This document shows, piece by piece, positions 46,660-56,243 of a stretch of DNA of 64,000 nucleotides. The position numbers were made by a program, and so were the translations under genes. Position 1 is the stretch's first letter. The number at the start of each line of letters is the position of its first letter. The notes beneath the pieces are model-generated. The model ran no database searches. It was not told the origin of the DNA and saw only the letters and a list, made by a program, of their open reading frames with translations. Source of the DNA: a virus (taxonomy: Duplodnaviria > Caudoviricetes); the IMG/VR virus record IMGVR_UViG_3300010882_000012. One strand, written 5' to 3'.

Positions 46660-47330
46660 TTTTCATAATTTAATTTTGCCTTTTTCCAATTTTTTTTCCA
46701 ATGAGAATCGGTTTGTACATGATTTTCTCTCACATATTTAACAACATGGGTATTGAAATCTTTAACATCAAACTCATCTACTATTCTAACTACAACTCCT
46801 TCTATTTCATTTCCATATGCACTTCCCCATTTCATATGACACTCTATGATTTCTTTTTCAAGTTGTCTCATATCTCTAAACTTTCCTCTTCCTAAAACAG
46901 GAACTGTTGGAATTTCAAGTATAGTTGCAAAATCTTCAACCTCTGTCCATCTTAAAAACTTATCTTTATGCCTAATAGCAAACAAATGAAAATACTTATT
47001 AAGATTATTATACTCAATAGAATGAACTCCATAAAGATTTTCACCATAATAAATTGTATCCTCATCAAGATATGGTTTTATTCTATCAAATAATCCACCC
47101 TCTTGCCAAAGATTTTTATTCCAAGGATGATGTGCTTCTGAAGAATGAGAACGTGCAAAAACTCCATCAAATTTAAGAGCTGAATTTTCTCCATCAAGTT
47201 TTTCTGTTAAAACTAAATTATGAGAAATAAACCAATCCCAATCAACATTTGCAATCTTATCATCCCCACTTAATCCTGGACTAAATGGAAAATGAAAAGT
47301 TCTTGGATATTTTGTACTATTTTCTATCAT
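46644..47330 (-). CDS. RNA ligase (nucleotidyltransferase domain)
   Basis: KYPRT.H, TEKLDGEN (motif I), YGEN, EGVVVR, KYVR. Confidence 0.9.
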   Translation of the reverse strand: MIENSTKYPRTFHFPFSPGLSGDDKIANVDWDWFISHNLVLTEKLDGENSALKFDGVFARSHSSEAHHPWNKNLWQEGGLFDRIKPYLDEDTIYYGENLYGVHSIEYNNLNKYFHLFAIRHKDKFLRWTEVEDFATILEIPTVPVLGRGKFRDMRQLEKEIIECHMKWGSAYGNEIEGVVVRIVDEFDVKDFNTHVVKYVRENHVQTDSHWKKNWKKAKLNYEKWQHL

Positions 47331-47566
47331 TTTTTATTAACAATTTCTATTCTACAAATATCACGCCAACTTAATAAAATAGAAGTTTTATTCCATTTAT
47401 CAATAATTACATCATCAATCATAATACCACTACCATTAAAATGATCTATAGTACCTTTAATATCTGCAACTGTGCAAGGAACTTTCTTTTTATTACAAAA
47501 ATAATGATAATATTCCCATAACTTTATTTTAATAATATCTCCTTTTTCTAACTTATCCCACATCAT
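47327..47566 (-). CDS. hypothetical protein
   Basis: 79-aa coupled ORF. Confidence 0.5.
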   Translation of the reverse strand: MMWDKLEKGDIIKIKLWEYYHYFCNKKKVPCTVADIKGTIDHFNGSGIMIDDVIIDKWNKTSILLSWRDICRIEIVNKK

Positions 47567-47568
47567 AA

Positions 47569-47886
47569 TTATTTCTTTACACTAAATTCAAATTTTGCTT
47601 CATAACTTTCATTATATCTTGGTTTATCATAATAGACATTCCAACCTGCATTTCTAAAAATTTGTTCAAAATCTAACCATCTTTTATCATAAATTTCTCT
47701 ACTATTTGTATCAGGATTTCTCTTAATAATCTCCGCAACAATATCTTTTTGTAATATGGTTGTTGATTTTCCTGTAGAAATAGAACCTATTAATAATTCA
47801 TTTACAGATTCTATTACAAAATCGGGAATTCTTTCATTTTTACATCCTAAAATTTCTTCTGATGTTAAAGCTTTTACTTCTTTCAT
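47569..47886 (-). CDS. hypothetical phage protein
   Basis: 105-aa ORF (IPDFVI..N.LL, WLDFE..FR.AGW.V.YDKP). Confidence 0.6.
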   Translation of the reverse strand: MKEVKALTSEEILGCKNERIPDFVIESVNELLIGSISTGKSTTILQKDIVAEIIKRNPDTNSREIYDKRWLDFEQIFRNAGWNVYYDKPRYNESYEAKFEFSVKK

Positions 47887-47889
47887 ATA

Positions 47890-48681
47890 TTATTGATTTA
47901 CAAAATTTATAATATCTTTTATATAGTTTTTAGTCAACTCAATAAAATTTATTGTTTTTGAATTAAGTTGCGCGAGTTTATAAATTAAAACCGGATTATG
48001 AATAGCACAAATAATTTGAGTATCTTCTCTATAATTAGAAAGAATATTATAAACCATTTTAGTATTCTCTAAATCCATATTTCTATCAGGCTCATCCATT
48101 AATAAAGAAACAATATTATCATCAATATTATTATTTTTAAAATATTTTACAAGCTGATCTATTCTTGATTTCCAAATATCATTACAACCTTCTTTAAGTT
48201 TTTGTAATTGTTCTAATCCCATTGCAATATTACTATCTTCTCCAAACATTTCATTAAATAAAAGATTAAAAGATTGAATATTTTTCTGACCATCACTTAA
48301 AGAATTTCCCGAAATCATTTGATTAAAGTTCAATATATTTTCTAAACTTTCGTCTCCTTTAATATCTGAATGAAGACGATAATTATATGTTTTAACACCA
48401 TAATTAGCTTTTACTTCAATACCATCATAAAATTCATTACTTCCATAATCAACATATTCTTGCCAAAATTTTAAATCAGTTGCTAAAGTAATATCAGATG
48501 AAAAATCATTTATTAAAGTATAATGCTTTAATATATTAAGTACTGTTGATTTTCCAGAACCATTAATACCAACTAAAATATTTGTTCCTTCTTTAAATTC
48601 TATTTTAGTTGGCAAACTTACATCTTTAAAATAAGCATGATGAGCTTTTTTGAAATCCTTAAATTCTAAAGAATAAATCAT
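47890..48681 (-). CDS. stand-alone ABC/AAA-type ATPase
   Basis: GINGSGKS, LSDGQ signature, LLMDEP, H-loop AIHN. Confidence 0.82.
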   Translation of the reverse strand: MIYSLEFKDFKKAHHAYFKDVSLPTKIEFKEGTNILVGINGSGKSTVLNILKHYTLINDFSSDITLATDLKFWQEYVDYGSNEFYDGIEVKANYGVKTYNYRLHSDIKGDESLENILNFNQMISGNSLSDGQKNIQSFNLLFNEMFGEDSNIAMGLEQLQKLKEGCNDIWKSRIDQLVKYFKNNNIDDNIVSLLMDEPDRNMDLENTKMVYNILSNYREDTQIICAIHNPVLIYKLAQLNSKTINFIELTKNYIKDIINFVNQ

Positions 48682-48687
48682 ATTTTT

Positions 48688-48939
48688 TTATTTAAATGGT
48701 GCTAAACAATAATTTTCAAATTCTTCTATTCTTGTATCTTCTATAGAAAGAACAAGTTTTACTTCATTTCTTGTAAATTGAACTTCTTTAATAGGTCTAT
48801 CTATATTATCTTCAAAGTTTACTGTTATAGTTTTTTCACCCATATCAATAACAGTATAAAAATTACCATTATATTGAGCATAAGCTGAATTTTTGTTTAC
48901 TTGGATCTCTGCTAAAAGACTTAAATTGTGATTTTTCAT
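48688..48939 (-). CDS. hypothetical protein
   Basis: First ORF after a promoter-like motif. Confidence 0.55.
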   Translation of the reverse strand: MKNHNLSLLAEIQVNKNSAYAQYNGNFYTVIDMGEKTITVNFEDNIDRPIKEVQFTRNEVKLVLSIEDTRIEEFENYCLAPFK

Positions 48940-48963
48940 AATTCATTATTTTTAATAATAAGG

Positions 48964-49023
48964 TAAAAATACAAAAAATAACAATACAAAAGATTATTAT
49001 AAAAGAAAAATTACTAACAATTT
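48964..49023 (-). promoter_or_regulatory. host-type promoter TTTG-N15-TATTTTTA with upstream box
   Basis: Bacteroidota -33/-7-like elements plus AAATTGTTAGTAA. Confidence 0.68.
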
Positions 49024-49333
49024 ATACTCTAATATATCCATATGTTGTAATATCTTTACATGCTTTTTTTAAAATATTCCAAGCACGATAATATTGTATT
49101 GGATAACCATCTGTAATATTAATATCATTAATAAAGTATTCAAAAATAAGTTTTTGTGTAATACTAAGAAGATCATATTCATATTTAACAAGTTTAATAT
49201 AAAGATCTTTATAAATTGTACCAAGTGGCTCATTTGTAAGATAATATTTATGATAATCAAGAAATTCTGCTAATATAATAACAGATTCCTTAATTTTTTC
49301 TTCATTTGTTCTCCAATCTTTATCCCAACTCAT
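49022..49333 (-). CDS. hypothetical protein
   Basis: 103 aa; C-terminus resembles that of 49335..49607. Confidence 0.55.
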   Translation of the reverse strand: MSWDKDWRTNEEKIKESVIILAEFLDYHKYYLTNEPLGTIYKDLYIKLVKYEYDLLSITQKLIFEYFINDINITDGYPIQYYRAWNILKKACKDITTYGYIRV

Positions 49334-49334
49334 A

Positions 49335-49607
49335 TTAAATATATGTTATAAATCCTTTTTCTTTAATTTCTTTACGAAAATTTTTAATTAATTGTAAAGC
49401 ATACCATTGAACATTATCTCCTTCTCCGGAAATATCAAGAGGAGGTTTTGGTTCCCAATTATAATCAAACATATCACAAATAAGCATTTCAATAATTCTT
49501 GTAATACCTGTGGATGAACTTAATAAAGCTTCATAACTATCTATTTTATCTAAAGATAGTGCAATTACTCTGATTGCATCTCTTAAAAATTGTTGTGTAC
49601 AATTCAT
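49335..49607 (-). CDS. hypothetical protein
   Basis: 90-aa ORF. Confidence 0.55.
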   Translation of the reverse strand: MNCTQQFLRDAIRVIALSLDKIDSYEALLSSSTGITRIIEMLICDMFDYNWEPKPPLDISGEGDNVQWYALQLIKNFRKEIKEKGFITYI

Positions 49608-49623
49608 AATTTTTTATTTAGCA

Positions 49624-50481
49624 TTATTTTTCACATACATTATCAATATTTTCTTTTGGACAATATCCTTTATTTTTCTCGCCATTCTTTAATCCTTTAA
49701 TTAAATATTGTCCATTTTCTTTTATAAGATATCGAGAATCTTTTCCAGTTGGTCTCATTAAAAATCCACCTCTTAATCCACTAAAGTAAGATGAATAATG
49801 ACCTCGAAATCTTTTTATGTTCACACCTTCATTTTTACATCCCTCTTTAACTTTTCCATATTTAAGTAAAAAACTTTGAAGTTGTTTCCATGTACAAGTT
49901 AATCCAACTTTCGAATACATCTCAACGAAATCTAAACATTTTTCTTTTAATGATTTTTGATATGGATCTTCTTGTTGGTACCAAAATACCCAATAAGGAT
50001 AACCGGAAGATTTATTAGCACCTTGCATTACCATAGTCAACTTTAATTTTGGATCATTATTATACAATTGTAAATAGAGTTCAATTTTTTCAGGATGTCC
50101 TGCTGCCCCAAAAAAGAATCCAATACCTCTTGAATTTTCTAATCCCCTTGCTGCTAATTCTAAAGATTGATCATTTTTATTATAATCCCACTGTGACATT
50201 CTATCTGAATAAACTGCGCGATTATTTTCTGACCAATTTTTTCTATCCATCCAAAGAACATAAGGATCATAACTATACTGTGCATTACTTGGTGTATCTC
50301 TATTCGGTCTTCCATGTTCATCATGATATTGACCAGAATAAGGTATTGCATTTCTTAAAAATTCTCGGTAGCGAATATCTTCTTCAGAATAAAAACTACT
50401 TCTACCATTCCAATCACCACCTCTATATCCAAAGTGTGAAAAACCACGATAACCATCTGTGTAAATAAGATCTTCTTGCAT
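49624..50481 (-). CDS. hypothetical phage protein
   Basis: 285-aa ORF. Confidence 0.65.
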   Translation of the reverse strand: MQEDLIYTDGYRGFSHFGYRGGDWNGRSSFYSEEDIRYREFLRNAIPYSGQYHDEHGRPNRDTPSNAQYSYDPYVLWMDRKNWSENNRAVYSDRMSQWDYNKNDQSLELAARGLENSRGIGFFFGAAGHPEKIELYLQLYNNDPKLKLTMVMQGANKSSGYPYWVFWYQQEDPYQKSLKEKCLDFVEMYSKVGLTCTWKQLQSFLLKYGKVKEGCKNEGVNIKRFRGHYSSYFSGLRGGFLMRPTGKDSRYLIKENGQYLIKGLKNGEKNKGYCPKENIDNVCEK

Positions 50482-50795
50482 AATATTTTAAATTTTTTAT
50501 TAATAATTTCTATTTAAGATGTATTAAATCATCCCAAGCTTTTTGAATTGATTTCTTTATAACCATTATATAATCACCACTATGGTAATTTTTTGTAAGA
50601 ATTTCTTCAATATCCTCTTTTCTACAAAAGAAATCTGAATTTACAAAAAATAGTACTTGCATAACGATAAGTATCTCGTACTGTTTTCAAATAATCATAA
50701 CGTCTGTATCTATAATTATCTGCTAATTTTTCTAAAGTTTCCATAAATGGATTAAAATTGGTTAAATCTATTGTTCTTTTCATGCTTCTAACTAT

Positions 50796-51035
50796 TTACA
50801 TGGAACCATCATCCATTATATTATGAGATAAAACCGAAACTCCGGAATCAAATCCATAACAAAAAACCTGTCTAAATTTTTCTTCTATCATTCCCATTGC
50901 AACAGGAAATTGTTTTTTATTAATTTTAAGTTTTTGACAAAGTTGATTAGCAAGAATTATTAAATCCGTTGCTATTTCTTTATTATCAACTGCTTCTCTA
51001 AAAGCTCTGTCTGAATAAAAATATTCTTTTACCAT
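50796..51035 (-). CDS. hypothetical protein
   Basis: 79-aa ORF. Confidence 0.5.
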   Translation of the reverse strand: MVKEYFYSDRAFREAVDNKEIATDLIILANQLCQKLKINKKQFPVAMGMIEEKFRQVFCYGFDSGVSVLSHNIMDDGSM

Positions 51036-51040
51036 AATTT

Positions 51041-51505
51041 TTAATTTTTATTAAATAAAACATCCCCCATTTGTTTTGAAAGTAAAATAAGTGATTCATA
51101 TATTTCAATAGAAATTTCTTCTACACCTACACAACCAGAACAAGTTCCAAGTAACCAAGATTTTTGTACCGAACCTCTCGATGTAGTAAAATTTGCCGGC
51201 ATTGCACCATTTTCTTTTAAATATGAAAGAATAGGTTTACCTGGAATAATATAATCTTGTACATCACTATCAAAAGTTTCTTTATCTATCCAAACTAAAT
51301 TATAAGAACTATTATTATGGTTAATCATAAAAACCTTTCCAACCATTGAACTTAATTTTCTATTTTGTTCAATTTGTTTTTGTTCTTTTGCTTCTCTTTG
51401 TTCTTTAAGTGCTTGTTCATGATTTTCACAATATTTTTTTAAAGTAATATTAGGATTATTCTCATAAATATCTGAAAATACTGTAAGATTGTGTACCTGT
51501 CTCAT
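51041..51505 (-). CDS. hypothetical protein (true start probably MRQVHN at 51505)
   Basis: The track's longer N-terminus overlaps a promoter motif. Confidence 0.55.
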   Translation of the reverse strand: MRQVHNLTVFSDIYENNPNITLKKYCENHEQALKEQREAKEQKQIEQNRKLSSMVGKVFMINHNNSSYNLVWIDKETFDSDVQDYIIPGKPILSYLKENGAMPANFTTSRGSVQKSWLLGTCSGCVGVEEISIEIYESLILLSKQMGDVLFNKN

Positions 51506-51525
51506 ATTTCTAAATTTTAATAATA

Positions 51526-51592
51526 CAAAAATACATCTTTTTTCTTTACCAAAAGCTTTAAAAAGAAAAAAGTTACTAACAATGTTAGTAAC
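51526..51592 (-). promoter_or_regulatory. host-type promoter TTTG-N16-TATTTTTG with palindromic box GTTACTAACA-N-TGTTAGTAAC
   Basis: Exact TAnnTTTG -7 element; 21-bp palindrome at 51572-51592. Confidence 0.72.
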
Positions 51593-51704
51593 CTTCTCTT
51601 GCCAAAGACCATCCAAATTAAACTATGTAAAAAAGGTAATTATACCATAGATTATTGTAACAGTTAAGCTACTATTAAAAGCTAAATTATACAAAATATT
51701 GTAT

Positions 51705-52151
51705 TCATAAATTTTTCATTTTTTCAATAAATTCTTTCATTTCTTTTTCAGTAAATGGAAAACTTTGAGTACCAAAATTTACTTTTTCTAAATCCCAACA
51801 AGCACATTTAACAGGATTTTCATATGTCCATCCACAATCATATCCTCCATGTTCCCAAAAAGCGCAATTCTTTGGTCTTTGTCCCGGTTTACAAACTCTA
51901 TCTGGATCTTCTTGATGTTCATTTCCACAAGTAAAAGCTGATAAAGAATAAATTTTATCTACTTCTTTTTGATTTATAAAACCATCATCTTCTTGTCCTT
52001 TTACATATTGAGAAAGACAATCATTATTCTCCGGATATCCTTCTATAAAAGCATATTCAAGATATAATTTTCCGTTTTCATCTTTTCTAAGATAAACAAA
52101 ATTTTCTCCAAGACCTTTAAAATTTACAATTTCTTTAAGCAAATTTTCCAT
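51705..52151 (-). CDS. hypothetical Cys-rich protein
   Basis: 148-aa ORF. Confidence 0.55.
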   Translation of the reverse strand: MENLLKEIVNFKGLGENFVYLRKDENGKLYLEYAFIEGYPENNDCLSQYVKGQEDDGFINQKEVDKIYSLSAFTCGNEHQEDPDRVCKPGQRPKNCAFWEHGGYDCGWTYENPVKCACWDLEKVNFGTQSFPFTEKEMKEFIEKMKNL

Positions 52152-52172
52152 ATTTTTATAATTTAAGTTGTA

Positions 52173-52916
52173 TTACCATATTTTATAATTTCTTGATTTG
52201 TATGGATAAAAAATAAGTTTTGCTCTTATTTTTTCATTGGTAGTAACATAAGTATTTCCTTTATAAATAGGTTCTTCTAATATATCAATAGTTAAATCAT
52301 TTCTTTTACAACCATAAATTCTTGCCGGCGCATTTTTCATTCCATTTATTGCTTTTTGTAAAGTACAATTTTTTCTATACAATAAATTTCTTATTAATTC
52401 AACTCCAGCATCAATTCCGATAGAATGAATTTCGTCCCAACCGATAACGACTTTAGCTCCTTTGTTTATAAAAGTTTTTGCAAAATGAGATTTATGTTTT
52501 AATCCACAGCATGGAACAAAATAAATTAAAGAATTTTGTAATGAATTTTCTGGATAATATTTTTCAAAAAATTTATGAGATATTGCTAAAAATTTAGGTT
52601 TATTTTCTTTAGTTCCATAATCTGGTGAAATAAAATCATCTATACATTCTTTATCAATTTTATTTTTATTATGACAAAATAAAACTTCATTTGTTAAAAT
52701 CCAACTTTTCTTATTAAAAACTTTTCCATGTGTAATCAAGAAAATAACATCATATCCTTGTAATCCAGTCTTAAAAAATTCAATATCAGCATAAGTAATA
52801 ATTTTTACTTCAAAATTATATTTTATAAAAGCTAATGGTAAAACATTCATACAATTTACTACATCTTTTCTATGTGGTAATCCAGCTTCACAATTTATAA
52901 TAAGACATTTTTTCAT
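52173..52916 (-). CDS. putative clan CD (caspase/CHAT/gingipain-like) cysteine peptidase
   Basis: DVIFLITHG and LIYFVPCCG dyad contexts, F...GAKVVIGW. Confidence 0.5.
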   Translation of the reverse strand: MKKCLIINCEAGLPHRKDVVNCMNVLPLAFIKYNFEVKIITYADIEFFKTGLQGYDVIFLITHGKVFNKKSWILTNEVLFCHNKNKIDKECIDDFISPDYGTKENKPKFLAISHKFFEKYYPENSLQNSLIYFVPCCGLKHKSHFAKTFINKGAKVVIGWDEIHSIGIDAGVELIRNLLYRKNCTLQKAINGMKNAPARIYGCKRNDLTIDILEEPIYKGNTYVTTNEKIRAKLIFYPYKSRNYKIW

Positions 52917-53113
52917 TAATAATCAATTAAATCTTTTCTTAAACAACCATATTTTCTCATCCATCCTTCAAGTGCTTTTTTAATATCCGCATTCATTGCT
53001 CTTTGAACCGGACAACCTATGCACATACCCAATCCTTTACAACCGGTACAATTACCATGACAACCACAACATCCAAACTTTTTATAATCTAGGGGATCTA
53101 TATTTAAAATCAT
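52916..53113 (-). CDS. small Cys-rich protein
   Basis: CCGCHGNCTGC..C..C. Confidence 0.5.
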   Translation of the reverse strand: MILNIDPLDYKKFGCCGCHGNCTGCKGLGMCIGCPVQRAMNADIKKALEGWMRKYGCLRKDLIDY

Positions 53114-53592
53114 TTTATTATTCCAAAGTGTTTTCTAAGTTCGTTTAACTCTTCTGTATATGGCATCTTATTTTTATTTTTTAATATATTTGCATAATTT
53201 TTTGCACTTAATTTATCTTTAGGTTTGGAAACTTTTTCTCCAATCAATCCTTTTACATCTCTACCAACATGATAACCGTCACAAATTTTACAATAATATG
53301 CTACAAAATTAATACCATGTTTTTCAATCATTTTTAAAGCAGCCTTTTGTGCTTTCTTTAAAGTTTCAAATCTTTTCTTTTCTTTATTACCATGAAAATG
53401 ATCTTGAATTTGTTGTTTTGTACATTCTATTGTTTTATTGCCAATATCAAAAGTTTTTACATGAGATTTCTTTTTCTTAACCTTTCTCGGAATTTTATTA
53501 AATTCTTGTTCTTCTAACTTAACTTGTTCTTCAAAAGAAAAATTAAAAATAAAATTAAAAAATTGAAAAATATTATAAAAAAACTTTTTCAT
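53110..53592 (-). CDS. hypothetical protein with YxCxxCxxxHxG zinc motif
   Basis: KKRF...A...YYCKICDGYHVG. Confidence 0.6.
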   Translation of the reverse strand: MKKFFYNIFQFFNFIFNFSFEEQVKLEEQEFNKIPRKVKKKKSHVKTFDIGNKTIECTKQQIQDHFHGNKEKKRFETLKKAQKAALKMIEKHGINFVAYYCKICDGYHVGRDVKGLIGEKVSKPKDKLSAKNYANILKNKNKMPYTEELNELRKHFGIIK

Positions 53593-53781
53593 ACTTTAAT
53601 CATCATCTTCCATTGCCATTCCAGAAAAAACAATCATTAACATAATAGACATTTTTTCTTTTTCAGGAATATCTAATTTTTCAACATCATCTGGCCATTG
53701 TATATCTACTGTTTCACCAGTACTAAGTTTTACTTTCCATGTTTTTAGTGGTTTTGTTTCTTCACTCATATTTTTTAATTT

Positions 53782-54045
53782 TTAATAATCATCATCCCAA
53801 TTACTACTACAACATAAATATCCATCTTTATTTGTAGCATAAGTACATTCTAAACAATATCCAGTACTTTCATATACTTTCTTAACTCTTGGTTTTGGAT
53901 ATCCAGAATAATATTCTAATCCAAATGGACAAATTTTATCTGAAACCCATAATTTTACTTTATCTCCATAAACATCTTGACCTCCTAAAATATCACTATT
54001 ATGTGGATGTAAGATACCTTCATGCCAAACTTTTTTCTCTTTCAT
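53782..54045 (-). CDS. hypothetical protein
   Basis: 87-aa ORF. Confidence 0.5.
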   Translation of the reverse strand: MKEKKVWHEGILHPHNSDILGGQDVYGDKVKLWVSDKICPFGLEYYSGYPKPRVKKVYESTGYCLECTYATNKDGYLCCSSNWDDDY

Positions 54046-54302
54046 TATTTTATTAATTCAAAACTCCAAAATCCATAAACTGCTTGCCATTCATAACTAT
54101 AGTCTCCACAAGCAATAGCTTTAGGACTTTGAATCTTACTATTATCAAGATTAATAGGTAATTTGAAACGTAATCTATCTTGATCATCTTTAATATAACA
54201 TTCTCTCCATTCTTCATTAATTTCATAAACTGTAAATATTACAGGATCTGAAACCATATGGTACACATTAATTTTGTCATTAAGTTCTAATTTTTCTTTC
54301 AT
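54045..54302 (-). CDS. hypothetical protein
   Basis: 85-aa coupled ORF. Confidence 0.5.
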   Translation of the reverse strand: MKEKLELNDKINVYHMVSDPVIFTVYEINEEWRECYIKDDQDRLRFKLPINLDNSKIQSPKAIACGDYSYEWQAVYGFWSFELIK

Positions 54303-54655
54303 ATTAATTCTTTTGTAATTTCTTTAATAATTTTTACATTTTTCAAAATAGGTTCACCATCACTACCAATTCCAATCTCTTCACCATCAATAAGATAAAT
54401 TTTACTTTTATCTTTTGGATTTACTTTATACCATTCTTCTGTTACTTGATTAATTAAACTTTCTAAAGTTTGTATTGCACCAATTTTTAATGGATTTGGA
54501 ATAATTATATGCCATTTTCCTTTTAATTGAACACCATAATAACAACTAACTCCTTTTTCTTCTCCAATTAAAACTTCTCCTCGATATATTCTACTTATAC
54601 CATCTATTGGAATTTTACCAATTCTAATATAAAACAAGCCCTGCCGATCTACCAT
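54299..54655 (-). CDS. hypothetical protein (possible ART-like R-S-E pattern)
   Basis: YIRIG, GVSCY, GSDGEP. Confidence 0.45.
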   Translation of the reverse strand: MVDRQGLFYIRIGKIPIDGISRIYRGEVLIGEEKGVSCYYGVQLKGKWHIIIPNPLKIGAIQTLESLINQVTEEWYKVNPKDKSKIYLIDGEEIGIGSDGEPILKNVKIIKEITKELI

Positions 54656-54866
54656 TTTTACAATTATATTTTACCATTCTTTTAATAAACTCTTCTTGTT
54701 CCTTTGTATTAAGAAATATAGACCAAATTCCACATCCGGATGCGACTAATAATGAAACTCCAAAAAGAATATCAAGTAAAAATATAGGAAAGAATATTTT
54801 ACTAATAAGACAAATTGCAATAATTGATATACTAATAAAAAATAAAATTTTTAATAACTTACGCAT
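54624..54866 (-). CDS. small two-helix membrane protein
   Basis: Hydrophobic segments; probable start MRKLLK. Confidence 0.5.
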   Translation of the reverse strand: MRKLLKILFFISISIIAICLISKIFFPIFLLDILFGVSLLVASGCGIWSIFLNTKEQEEFIKRMVKYNCKNGRSAGLVLY

Positions 54867-54867
54867 T

Positions 54868-55920
54868 TTATTCAAATTTAGCATTTTGTAAATTATGATT
54901 AAGATAAATTAAACAATTATTTACTAACCAATAATTATTAAAAATTCGTTGTCTATATTTATCTAATTTAAAATTTTCAATATTAAATCCTATATCATTT
55001 GTTAAATAAACTTCAATAGAATAATCATGGTTTTCATAATCAGGAACTGCTGGATAAACATCACCATCAAATTCATCTATTTCTTGATGACTACCTATTT
55101 GAACTTGTACTGCTTTAAAATTTTTAAAAATTCCAATATATTTTCCTCCTATTATAACTTTTTTACCTTTTAATATTTTTCTAAGTTTTTCTTTAATAGT
55201 ATTTAAATACTGAGGATTATATTTGTATATTTCAGAAACTAATAATTTGTCTTCTTCTGTTAATTCTATTGGAATTGGTGGCTTTTCAAATTCAAATTGA
55301 GGTTGTTTGCCCCATTTTGTACCAAAAGTTTTTTGACAATATTTATCACAAATTTTAATAACTTTAGCCCAATTTTCAACTCTTTGACTATCTTGATAAA
55401 TCCAATGATTTAATCTATGTTCAACACAAATAAATTCAGGTGATTTATATGTATTAAAAAATTCAATAGAATAATTTTCTAAAACAAATATTAAATCATC
55501 AAAATTAAATTCAGTACTTTCTTTTCCTTGATCCCAAATTGTTTCTTTATCTTCGTTTTTCTTTTTGGTTTTTGTGTTACAAACTAATCCATGAAATAGA
55601 TGTGTATCTAAATAATCAATTTCACCTTTTATTACTTTAATATACCATTCTAATTTCACTGAAATACGTTCTCTTTTTTGAGAATCTACAATAACATTCT
55701 TTTCTTTAAATTGAGACAACATTCCCATATTATAAAGTAAATTATTAATATTATCTTCCGGTTTAGTTAAAATTGTATATTCTTTTCCCGCCCAATTATA
55801 GACAAATTTACATTCTTGTTTTTGTTTTAAACAATAATTTAAAATCTTTTCAATATAATAAACAACATTACTACAATTTGGTGCAATTTTATTTGCTTGT
55901 TTTTCTGTAATTATTTTCAT
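54868..55920 (-). CDS. hypothetical protein
   Basis: 350-aa ORF. Confidence 0.6.
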   Translation of the reverse strand: MKIITEKQANKIAPNCSNVVYYIEKILNYCLKQKQECKFVYNWAGKEYTILTKPEDNINNLLYNMGMLSQFKEKNVIVDSQKRERISVKLEWYIKVIKGEIDYLDTHLFHGLVCNTKTKKKNEDKETIWDQGKESTEFNFDDLIFVLENYSIEFFNTYKSPEFICVEHRLNHWIYQDSQRVENWAKVIKICDKYCQKTFGTKWGKQPQFEFEKPPIPIELTEEDKLLVSEIYKYNPQYLNTIKEKLRKILKGKKVIIGGKYIGIFKNFKAVQVQIGSHQEIDEFDGDVYPAVPDYENHDYSIEVYLTNDIGFNIENFKLDKYRQRIFNNYWLVNNCLIYLNHNLQNAKFE

Positions 55921-55922
55921 TT

Positions 55923-56243
55923 TTATAAATTTTGCTTCTTAATTCTTTCATATTGTTCAAATTCTCCTACTTTTAATGATCTTGATCCCGGACCTATTAT
56001 TGTTAAATAATTACAATCTTTCCATTCATTTGTTGTCGCCATAAAACCTCTTTTACAACAAATAGTAGGCGTACATCCTTCACAAACAGCAGGATTATGA
56101 TATTTTATAAAAGTTCTTACCATTATTTCACCATCTATCATATCAGCAAATCCCTTTATTCCAACTTCTTCAATTTCATAAGGTTGACTAACTATTTCTT
56201 GAAAAGTTTTACATTTTTGTAATTCTTCAAACTTTGTTTCCAT
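55923..56243 (-). CDS. hypothetical protein
   Basis: 106-aa ORF. Confidence 0.5.
   Translation of the reverse strand: METKFEELQKCKTFQEIVSQPYEIEEVGIKGFADMIDGEIMVRTFIKYHNPAVCEGCTPTICCKRGFMATTNEWKDCNYLTIIGPGSRSLKVGEFEQYERIKKQNL

Noticed and set aside
50510-50783. Possible decayed gene on the minus strand
   Set aside because: Only short overlapping frames and no recognisable homologue in the window to support a call
51506-51616. N-terminal extension of ORF 51041..51616
   Set aside because: It overlaps a clear promoter and palindromic box; ATG at 51505 is more plausible
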